Positions 33,866-43,447 of a stretch of DNA of 52,864 nucleotides are shown piece by piece; positions within the stretch are counted from its first letter, which is position 1, and each line of letters begins with the position of its first letter. Source of the stretch: Vitrella brassicaformis CCMP3155 (taxonomy: Eukaryota > Protista > Chromerida); assembly GCA_001179505.1 (NCBI GenBank), contig CDMY01000552.1, positions 1 through 52,864 of the forward strand, in the 5' to 3' direction. The translations under genes and the position numbers were made by a program. The notes beneath the pieces were generated by a model that saw only the letters and a program-made list of their open reading frames with translations, did not search any database and was not told the origin of the DNA.

Positions 33866-34947
33866 ATGAGCAGCACGCGGAGGACAAAGAGGGAGGAGGA
33901 CATCCTCGGGGCCGTCCTCAACAGAGAGATGCGTGTGGCTCCTCATACAACATCTGACGTTGGGGCGTGGCGTCTGTCCGCCTGGCCTCGCACCCCAGCA
34001 ACAAACCGGCACATGGGCGGGTGGACAGCAAGGAGACCCTCTGACTGACCGACGGGCGGGATTCACCATCTCTAGCGGCTGCCTGCGCTCGGCATCGGCT
34101 GCCGAGCAGCCCCCCTCACCCGGCCGCCCAACGTGCCAGGAGGCGCCTCTCCCACCAACAACGGCAGCTCCGGCGCCGACACCGGCCAGACGCTCTGCAA
34201 CAAGCCATCGTTGTCGACTGTCCACAGGGGGATTGGCTCGTATCGCCAGGCAATCAGGGCGGCTCGTGAGGAATGTCGACCGGGGAGGATGTCTTCGGCG
34301 GTGGCGCGGGGCGACACGGTCGGCCACTCCGCCCGCTCGGCGCCGATTGACGAGGAGGGGGCGGGGCATGGCATGCTGACGGGGCGTGGTACTGTACGGC
34401 CAGAGTGGGGCTGGGCTGCTGTGTCGCGCGACGAGACGATGCTGTGCCCATCGAGCAGGCCCCTGTGTCAGACCTACTTGGACACTTCCTCGGTAAGCCA
34501 GCCACACACACACCAACCAACCGACACAAAGAGGTGACGTGACTTGATCCTGTGTCCCCTTCAGGCTTTTTGTGCCAGGGTCCTGACGTCAAGGTGCGGC
34601 GCCGATGCCCTCCGCATCGAGCACCGGAGATGGAGAGAAACGTGTCGCTATTTGTGGAGGCCCGCAGGCAGAGCGCCCCCAGCAGCAGCATCCAGTCCAC
34701 ACCCGAACAAGACGGATCGTCCATCCACACCGAGGCCGACCGACAGAAACGCGCTGCCCTTCGTCCATCTCAGCCACCAGCACCCACCACCGGCAACAGT
34801 GACCTCCTGGAGGGGCTGAAGTCGTTCGGCCATCGGCCAGCCCGCAGCGTCTGTGCCCTCTCCGCCGACGAGAAGCACCCCACCCACCACCCACCACCCA
34901 CCACCCACCGCCACCACGAGAAGAGGCCCCCGCGCCCCCATATGTAG
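33866..34947 (+). CDS. Hypothetical low-complexity protein (tentative)
   Basis: GC-rich blocks separated by intron-like tracts with donors gtgtgg (about 33933) and gtaagc (about 34493) and acceptor ttcag (about 34565). No recognisable domain; frames not fully resolved. Confidence 0.35.
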
Positions 34948-35090
34948 ACAGACGGGGGAGGATGGCTGTTTTTTGTTTTTGTCTAGGGTATGGATGTACG
35001 TTAGTTAATTAGTGTATTGTATTGTATTGTATTGCTTTTGAGTCAGCAGCCCTACCCGTTCCCTTTTCTTCTCCTTTGTCGTATTCTTTA

Positions 35091-35200
35091 CGTCCCTCCG
35101 TATGGTGCGGACGCTGCTTTCTCCTTTTGTTTTCGTCCCTCCGTATGGTGCGGACGCTGCTTTCTCCTTTTGTTTTCGTCCCTCCGTATGGTGCGGACAC
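35091..35200 (+). repeat. 43-bp tandem repeat, 2.5 copies
   Basis: cgtccctccgtatggtgcggacgctgctttctccttttgtttt at 35091 and 35134, partial copy at 35177. Confidence 0.95.
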
Positions 35201-35541
35201 TCCCTTTTCGTTCGTGTGCGTGGATGTGGTGTGTCGCTGTCGACTCCCCGTCTGTCTACTTCTTATGTGCGTCGGCGGTGTTCTCGTTGACCGAGACAAT
35301 CGGTTGGTGGTGGTGGTGGTGCTTGTCGGGGGCGGGAGGTCGGTTGGTGGAGGGTGGGTGGATGGATGGATGGTGTCGGTAAGGGTGGAGGGTGAGTGCG
35401 GCTGGGTGCAGTGCGTGAGATGTGTGTGTGCGTGAGCGGGGGAGAGAGGGAGAGAGGATCGGTGCGCCACACCACCGCCCATAAGGTAACTACACCACAC
35501 ACGAAAGGAAGACGTTCTTCACTCATGGGCTCATCGTGTGG

Positions 35542-35574
<33 letters not shown>

Positions 35575-38500
35575 GGCTGCAGTTTCGCCCATCAAGCCGC
35601 CGGCCTCTCATTTCATTCGGTGTCTGCCCCGCTCTCTCGTCAGTCTGCCCTTCGTCCGTATCGCCGACAAACCCAGCCGGCCCAAGCTCTCTCTCTGTCT
35701 TGCATTCACTCGCCACAGCCGTCCGTCCCTCGACAACAACCGAGTCCTCAGTGGTTCGTTCAGCCACCCGACCTCTCAGTCGGGGAGAGGGGGACCTGTG
35801 AAGCAGAAGGGGCGTGCGGCTGGTGTGTCTGCGTCTGAGTGCCACCACCAGAGTGACAGAGTTGACGGGGCGGTCCATCGAATCGGATCATGTCCGTCGC
35901 GTCCACACCACAACCGCCCCAACGCCCCTATGTTTGTGCGGCGCGGCCAGCTACAACGGCATCCATCAATATATCACGGCAATGCACCTACCTACCGAGC
36001 AGTGTGGAGAGCTCTCTGTCTGTCTGTGTGTGGGGACGGCGGAGTGTGTGTGGGGGGNNNNNNNNNNNNNNNNNNNNNNNNNNNNNNNNNNNNNNNNNNN
36101 NNNNNNNNNNNNNNNNNNNNNNNNNNNNNNNNNNNNNNNNNNNNNNNNNNNNNNNNNNNNNNNNNNNNNNNNNNNNNNNNNNNNNNNNNNNNNNNNNNNN
36201 NNNNNNNNNNNNNNNNNNNNNNNNNNNNNNNNNNNNNNNNNNNNNNNNNNNNNNNNNNNNNNNNNNNNNNNNNNNNNNNNNNNNNNNNNNNNNNNNNNNN
36301 NNNNNNNNNNNNNNNNNNNNNNNNNNNNNNNNNNNNNNNNNNNNNNNNNNNNNNNNNGGGGGGGGGGGGGGGTTGGGGGTGGAGTTGACGTGTAATCTTA
36401 AGATGCCGGGTGGCCATGGGAGGGTGTGTGGGCCATGAGGGATGGGCGAGTGAGTTACATACAGAGCCGACCAGTGTGTGTGGCCATTTGCCTCCCTCCC
36501 TGTTTATTTTTCGCAACTCACCTCACCTCACTCATCTGTACGCTCCCTCCCACCACTCGTTCGTGTGCCCATGGCTGGCTTCTCTGACTGACTGACTGAC
36601 TGACTCGTTCATTCATTCATTCACTCATGGCAATGATTGCCTGTCTGTGTACGTCAATGAATGACATTTTTTGGTCCCATTTGGCGCAGTGTGTTGATTT
36701 GACTGACCGGTGCTGCGGTGCAGTGCACACCACTGACTGACCTCTGTGGGTAGGACGCTGTCGACTCACACGCACAAACCAGTCCATCCACACTGAGACA
36801 GACTTGCAGCCAGCCATCCCCCCGCCCCTGTTTGTGTGTGTCGAGTTCACCACACACATCTGTGTGGCTGTGTAGGCTTTTAGTAGCACTGGCTGGTAGA
36901 TCGAGGCCTATGAGCTCCCACCCACTGGCTGCTGTGCACAGCAGGTGTAACTTAAGTACAATCACCGCGTCGTTCTGATTTTGGGTTTGCCGCCCGCACC
37001 GCCCCCACCGCACACACGTGTGTGTCGTGCCGATTGGTTTTGGCGCCGCAGGCACACAGGGAGGGACATCGCTGACGACCCCCTGCCGACTGTACACTCA
37101 CCGCCGCAGCAGCCGTATGTATATCTATCATACTCACACACACACGTGCGGCCTGGCCTCCTCAGCTCTTTGTTGCCAGCGCTCCCCTCCCCCCTCACTC
37201 CGGCGGCAGACAGGCGTTTCATGTGTCTGTGTGCCTAGCCTCTGTGCAGGTGCGTATATGTCTGCCTTATCTGCCTGTGTGCAGTCAGCTAGTGCAGTGA
37301 GAGGTCCGCCGTCTGTGGGATGCTGTCAGCATCTTGTTTGTTTGGTGAGTCAGTCGGCCGGATGTTCTTGTGTGTCAGCTCAGCGGTTTCCTCCCCGCTG
37401 TGTGTCTGTGTATCAGCTTCGATCGAGCTTTTGTGTATGTCAAGGGACTCTTGTGTGATGTGCATGAGTCTGGCGTGACACGTTTGTTTGTCGATGCACT
37501 CACTGTCTGTGTGCGGTGCGGTCGGGTTTGTGTGGGGGTGGGGTGTGCCATGGAGAGGGTGCCGGGGTGCTGTGCTGGGGTGCTCGTCCATCCCTCCACA
37601 CAACTGTGTATGTGTGTCTCCCTCCATCGACATGACTAAGTGCAGGCAGCGGTGAGCGCATTGCCATGGTCAGAGAATACACACTCTGTCTATGTGTGCT
37701 GTGTGCTGTTTATTTCGTTTGTTTAGGTCTGCTGCCTACGGCCCCTTCACTGAGCCGGGCCCACCCATCTGCCCACCGTTACCTTACCCCGCTGGTATGT
37801 ATTGTATGCAGCACACGGGGATGAATTAAGCCACCTGTCTGGTCTGTGTGGCACACACACGACACATGACTGACATGAATATGGTCCTTTCCCTCTGCGC
37901 TGCACTGCTGCAGGCGTGACCAGCCAGCCAGCCACAACATTCATCCGTTAGTCGTCGCGGTGCGGTGGCGATCTCCTGCGGCTGGTTTGGCACGCCGACC
38001 AAGGGTGAGCGATCCGATCATGAAGACTCTCAGAAGGAACACATCTTCGTACGCACCTTCCTCTGTGTGTGCGTGTTCGTGTTGTTGTGCAGCTCAGCGG
38101 TGAGAGAATGTTGTGGCGTGTTCGGTCCCCTCACGAGGCCCTCTGCCGCTTTGGCTCCGTCGCCTGCCTCTGCTCGTCTTCCCTCGGCCATCGTCGCCAT
38201 GCCACGCTCCACGCTCCGCTCTTCGCATGAGGTGAGTCAGTCAGTCAGTCAGTCGCACACGAATAAGTGCCTGGGGATGTCTGCATTCACATCTACCCCC
38301 GTGTGTGTGGGGTGCGTGTCCGTTCTCTTTCACCAGGCCCATTGCGTAAGGCAGCCGATCTGTCGATGGAGCGGCTGAGGGGCGAGGGAGTGCCGGACAG
38401 GGCGATGCCGATGGACGTGCAGATCGATGCCGAGCTCAAGTGTCCTGCGATCTCGAGGGCATCAAAGCCACCACGTGACGTCCTGACGTAGTTAGGCAGC

Positions 38501-39082
38501 TATAGAGAGAAAGGTGGAGACAACGGTGTGGGGTGTAGGTCGAGTGCGATAGTGAGAGAAGGAATTCAGGCTGTCTATACGTGCGAAGTCGAGTTTGTCC
38601 ATGTACAACGAACGAGGTGTACGTATACAAGCAGCCTGTGTAGAAGGGGTAGCACTCTCACTCGCTCACTCGTCCGTCCTTTCGGGGGGCGTGCATAGCA
38701 TGGATTGATGCAGAGCGATCTCGATGGATGTTGGAATGAGTGAACTCTGTGTGTGTGCGTGATCGATTGAGTCTGCCTGCGTGTCTGCCTGTTTTGCTTG
38801 CAATGTGTGTTTGCCCGGTCAGGTGGAGGCAGCGATGTGCGGGATGCCTTGTGCTGCTTGGTGCTTGCCCGTGTATGCACGCACAGATGCATACATACAT
38901 GGATGGATCCGTCAATTCATTCCATCATCGTCTGTAACGCCCACAAGGGTGCACATCCAGGCTGGCTAACGGGTGATGGATGCATCTTATCGCTTCCCGC
39001 TGTGCACATACATCACATACATGCACCCAGACAGACAGACAGACAGACAGACAGACACCCAGCCAACCAACCAGTCATCTGT

Positions 39083-42000
39083 TCAGCTAAGCTGCAATGC
39101 ATTCTCTCCAAAGACAGCGAGGAAGCTCCTCGGATGAGTCAATGGGTGGTGGTCGACCCACCAGAAGTGGTCGACCCACCAGAAGCATCCCCTTGGGATG
39201 CAGTGCCGATTGCAGCAGGCCTCCATCTCTTTACGGATGGCCATCTCTCGACGGATGGCCGACTCTCTCGGGTCGTATGGGAACGAGCTCACGTGCACCG
39301 TCAGCCTGCGAAAGCGATTCGCCTTGAGAAGGGGGTCGAGGACACCTCGAAAGAAGGGCTTGACGGCAGCTTCGGTGTGCGATAAATGAAGTGCATACAC
39401 ACAGACAGATACGACACATACCCACACCCGACACCCAATCAATTATTGCGGATGGCAGGTGACATGATGCAGACGTACAGCTGATCTTGACGTCGATCCT
39501 GTCGATTTTGGGGAGCTCGTCGGCCCAGTCGCGCCAGGTGAGACCCTCCTGGGACGGCTCGTGCGATGCCAAACTGATGGACACCTTTGTGGTCTCGACC
39601 TCCCCGTCCCTCCCTATCGCCCTCAGCACCTCAAACACAGGTCCCTCCCGGCCATCCAGCCGCTGCAGTCTTGTTGCCTTCTCTGCCAGTACAGCACCAG
39701 CACCCCCTGCCAAGTCTCCTACTATGCTGATCTTGCGCAGAGAGGGGAGGCGAGGCTGAGGGATGAGCGACGAGACGAGGCCCCGAAGGGCCGCCGCTCG
39801 CTCAGCAGCCGAGAGGGCCTCGAAAGCAGGCCCCGGATTCCACCCCGGGCCCGCGGGCACGAAATTGCCATAAACAACCATCTCCGTGGTGGAGAATGTC
39901 AGGCTGTCGGCGACGCGTTGGACTGCAGGCCGGACGGCGCCCCGCTGGTGGTAGTCGAGCAGCTGCTCGGTGGTGACGTAGATCTCCATCTTCCGAGTCC
40001 TCTGAGCCAGGTGCTGGAATGTCTCTATGAGGAGGGTAGAAGGGTCGTCCGGCACGTCGAGAAGGGAGTTGATCTGGAATATGTTGGCGTGGAGCATGAA
40101 ATAACCTCTGCTGGGTGGGGGCGTCCTGAAGGCGATGATGGGGCCTCCGAATGCCTTGTGGAAGGAATCGAGTCCGCCGACAAGGTCGCGCAGAGCGGGC
40201 CCGTAGAGGACGATCGGACGAAGCTCGACATCGACGTGGTCGAGGGACAGACACCCATGCTGATGCAACACATCCTGTCAATGCAATCACACACAGACAC
40301 TTTGAGATGACCAACAAGACCCTCACAGGCAATGGGTTTTCCCTCCCAGACGTACCTTGAGATGTGTCAGCCCGATACTAGGATGAGGCGCTAGCACTGC
40401 ACCACCGTCTGTCATCAGCAGGGTGCCGATGGTCCTCAGGCCGGCCAGCCGCCCCTCCTCCCCCTCTGCTGCCCGCTGGATCATCGACAGGGCATCCACC
40501 AAGGGGTCAGGTGCCATCGTCACCACTAGCTCCTGGAGCCGCTCGGATGTCTGGATGATCTTGCCCAGTGTCGCCACGTCCAGGCGGTCTCGATCGTGCT
40601 TCATCACAGCTGTCTCGGTCACCGTGTCGAGTGCCGGCATGCGCCACTCTCGGTCGGCCATCGGGCGATGCTCCTTGTCCAGGCCGGTGATGCTCCTGAC
40701 GGCTGGCAGATAGGCCGATGCGGGGGAGGGACGGGAGGGCAGCAGGGAAAGGGCCTTGTTGACGGCCGCCCTCTCCTTCATTGACTCAGCATCAGGCCGG
40801 GCACGCTGAGGAGGAGTATGTGGTGGCTGCCCGGCAGGGCGGAGGGGGCCCCGCTCGGCGTCATCATCGTCCTCCTCAAACCAGACGTCCCCATCGTCCT
40901 CGTCTGGCTCGAAGGTGATGCTCTCGAGTGAGCCCTCAGGTATGGGCCGCCCCGACTTCCGTCGCCCCGCCACCAGTGCTGCCCGCGCCTCTGCGTGGCC
41001 CTCCACGATGCCGATGACGACACGAAGACACCATGCCGCCAGCAGGCGGGGATGGCGCACTGTGATGCTCCTGAGGTGCGGCAGCCGTCTGCCCCACTCG
41101 TAAGCCGCCGCGAAGGAGAGCTTCTCGAAGAAGGTCGCACTGGCGTCGTTGTAGTCGATGATGAGGTCAGTGTAGTTGACGGCCAGCACCTCCCACACTC
41201 GAGTGTCGACGGGCGTGAGCGAAGCGCCTGCCGCAGCAGCGAGGAGGTCTAGCGGCAGCAACGCCAACGTCGAAGCCAGCACGTCATACTGAGTGACGGA
41301 AGACGGACCCAAGACACACACCGAGGAGGTCGAAAGGTGGAGTTTGGTATTTGTCGTGTATCTCCCTGCCTGTCTGCCTGGTTGCCTCACGTACCGGTAT
41401 GGAGGCGAAGGCGAGCAAGGGCTGCCTGAGACCCGGCTCCCTACTGGTGCTACTGCTCGGCTCATCTGTGGTCTCGTCTCCAACTAAGCGTCTCTCCTGC
41501 GAGCAATGACGACCAAAAAATACAATGACGTATGTGTGAATGCATGTGCGAGTTGGTGCCTTCACCTGGCCGCCGTCCTCCCGCGATGCACCCTTAGAAA
41601 CAGCCTGAAGCACACACACACGCATTGCATTCCCACGCGGCACACGCGGGTATTGTGCATTCATCCAGACATGAACACACCTTTGCCTTGTTGACCAAGA
41701 TGGCGATCTCCAGGGGACTACTCTCCTGAGCACATCCATCGGATCAGACAGCAAGAACAGTGAAGCTTTCTTCCCGCCTGACCCCACCCACTTACCGTCC
41801 GCAGATATAGTGCGATTTTGGTCTGTGCTATCTGGATCAGACGGGGGATGTGGAGGTAGCTGGCCGCCTGATGGAGCCAACACGCAGGAGGCAAGCTGGC
41901 TGGTAGTCTGGACTGCCAAGAGAGAGTGTGCTTTGTGTGTGTGCGTGTGTACCTTGACGACGTCGCACAGCGTTTCCCAGTCCATCTCCTCCACACAGGT

Positions 42001-42429
42001 GACATCCCACTCGTCGCCAAAGACCTGCAATGCACACGACACACGCAGGCAGACCCCATAACCACGCCTGCTGTGTTGGTGTGCCTTGCGCTCATGGTCG
42101 GTCAGACGCACCTCTTCTACAGTGTTTACTGTTGTGATGAGTGTTTCTTGGATGGGCTGAGGCGCCTCGTTGTCATCATCGTGATGCTCAGACACGTACT
42201 TACACCACTGCATGACCTTCTCCAAGATGGCTCTGCGGATGTTGTGGAGAGGCACCTCACCGCCGCCCTCGCCATCTGATCAGCACATGGATGGATGGAT
42301 GGATTCAGGCAGAGATCAGCACCTCTCACCGGGTTCTTCCAGAATGTTGTCGATGGTTTTCGATAAGCGAGCGGCTTTCTCCTCCACCTCTACCGCTCCA
42401 TCCTCAGCCTGCAGCCGCACCACCGTCAT
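39083..42429 (-). CDS. Skp1-like domain fused to an F-box-like motif and a large C-terminal (possibly divergent LRR-like) domain, copy 1, apparently intact
   Basis: ATG at 42429: MTVVRLQAEDGAVEVEEKAARLSKTIDNILEEP|DGEGGGEVPLHNIRRAILEKVMQWCKY..VEE|VFGDEWDVTCVEEMDWETLCDVVK|AASYLHIPRLIQIAQTKIALYLRT|ESSPLEIAILVNKAK|AVSKGASREDGGQ|ERR..LLAFASIP|YDVLASTLALLPLDLL.., continuing into the 40323 and 39231 ORFs. The junctions checked are GT-AG and frame-compatible; the last exon is less certain. Confidence 0.8.
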
Positions 42430-42720
42430 GATGACCGCTGCAGACAGCTACGCGGCCCTCTTCCCTTTGCCGCACGGAATTTGCGACGTCACATTCCCTT
42501 CGCCGAGCCGCACGGAGTTTGCCACGCGCTGCGGCGATGGACTAGGGAGCCGCAAGATAAAGGAAACGAGGGAGGATTCAGACCTTCCCTCCACCCCGAT
42601 CCGATCTCGCAAACCAAGGGGGGGGAACAGGGTGTTTTGTGAATTGTGAGGCCACCTGAAGGTAGCCAATGGTGAATGACACGCTGTGGGGACAGTGCAA
42701 AGGAAAGCAATTCATCCATT
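41064..42720. repeat. Inverted duplication; partner at about 51340-52864 (runs off the window end)
   Basis: Exons, several introns and about 290 bp of upstream DNA align in reverse complement, e.g. 42661-42720 vs 51338-51397, and 41064-41290 vs 52640-52864. Confidence 0.93.
42663..42672. promoter_or_regulatory. CCAAT-box-like element conserved upstream of both Skp1-fusion copies (partner 51386-51395)
   Basis: tagccaatgg / ccattggcta is retained in both diverged upstream regions, about 235 and 170 bp before the ATGs. Function is inferred. Confidence 0.35.
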
Positions 42721-43447
42721 CCCTCGTGTGGGCCATCGTTCTCGGGGGAATACGTAACAACCTTTCATCCATCATTCGAGCATACTCAGCATAGAGAAAA
42801 GTCGTGAAGTGTTCACCCATGCAGTGCGAAGCTCAGCACTTCTTAAGGAATGGATCTCTTTTGGCTGCGACTCATTCACAAGTGCGTGGTGCTGCTGCTG
42901 CTGGTGCTGCAGCTGTAGCTGGCCTATTCCCATACTTACCAGACAGTGCGCGACCGTATTCCGACCTTGAGGTACTTACGTGTCGTAGACTAGCTTTGAC
43001 GGCTATTTTGTGCTTTGACGGCTATTTGTTGACGTATTAATTTTATTTGTAAGGACAGAGTGCGTTGGCCGCTGCAAGGCTTTCAGCCATTCATGCCGAC
43101 ACAGACCAGTAGACACGTACAATAAATGTCTTCCTACAGATCAATGACCACTGGAAGAGATGGCGGACCTAGCGAGAAATAGACAAGTACACGGCGGAGG
43201 TATGCAAATAGACAAATAAACGGAGAAACAGGAAAACTGGAACAGGGTGCAAGTCACCTACACACTGCACTTTACGAAGCAAGCTCCCTCCCTCCCTCCC
43301 TACCTACCACTCCTTACCTCTTCCTCCCTCCCTCCCGAGACACGTATCCACGGCCTGATTGTTTCTACACGTCAGCACGTCAAGATCGGTCGCATGACTG
43401 CGACCAATTCCCACGCCCAGCAATCCCTCTCTGCCTACATGCATCGG

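Noticed and set aside
35091-35200. CRISPR-sized 43-bp repeat with a hairpin
   Set aside because: Copies are directly adjacent with no spacers.
36058-36380. Telomeric or G-quadruplex element at the poly-G flanks
   Set aside because: Only homopolymer G beside a gap; there is no telomeric repeat unit, and the true sequence is unknown.
35300-37950. Coding potential in the 35.3-38.0 kb stretch
   Set aside because: It is dominated by simple repeats and a gap; no consistent exon chain was found.
38200-38491. Small two-exon gene on the plus strand
   Set aside because: A good donor (gtgagt) and acceptor exist, but the spliced frame stops within about 14 codons and the longer frame cannot be reached.
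42932-42942. U1 snRNA 5' end (ATACTTACC)
   Set aside because: It continues AG rather than TG, and no U1 stem-loops or Sm site are evident; it is better read as a minus-strand splice donor.
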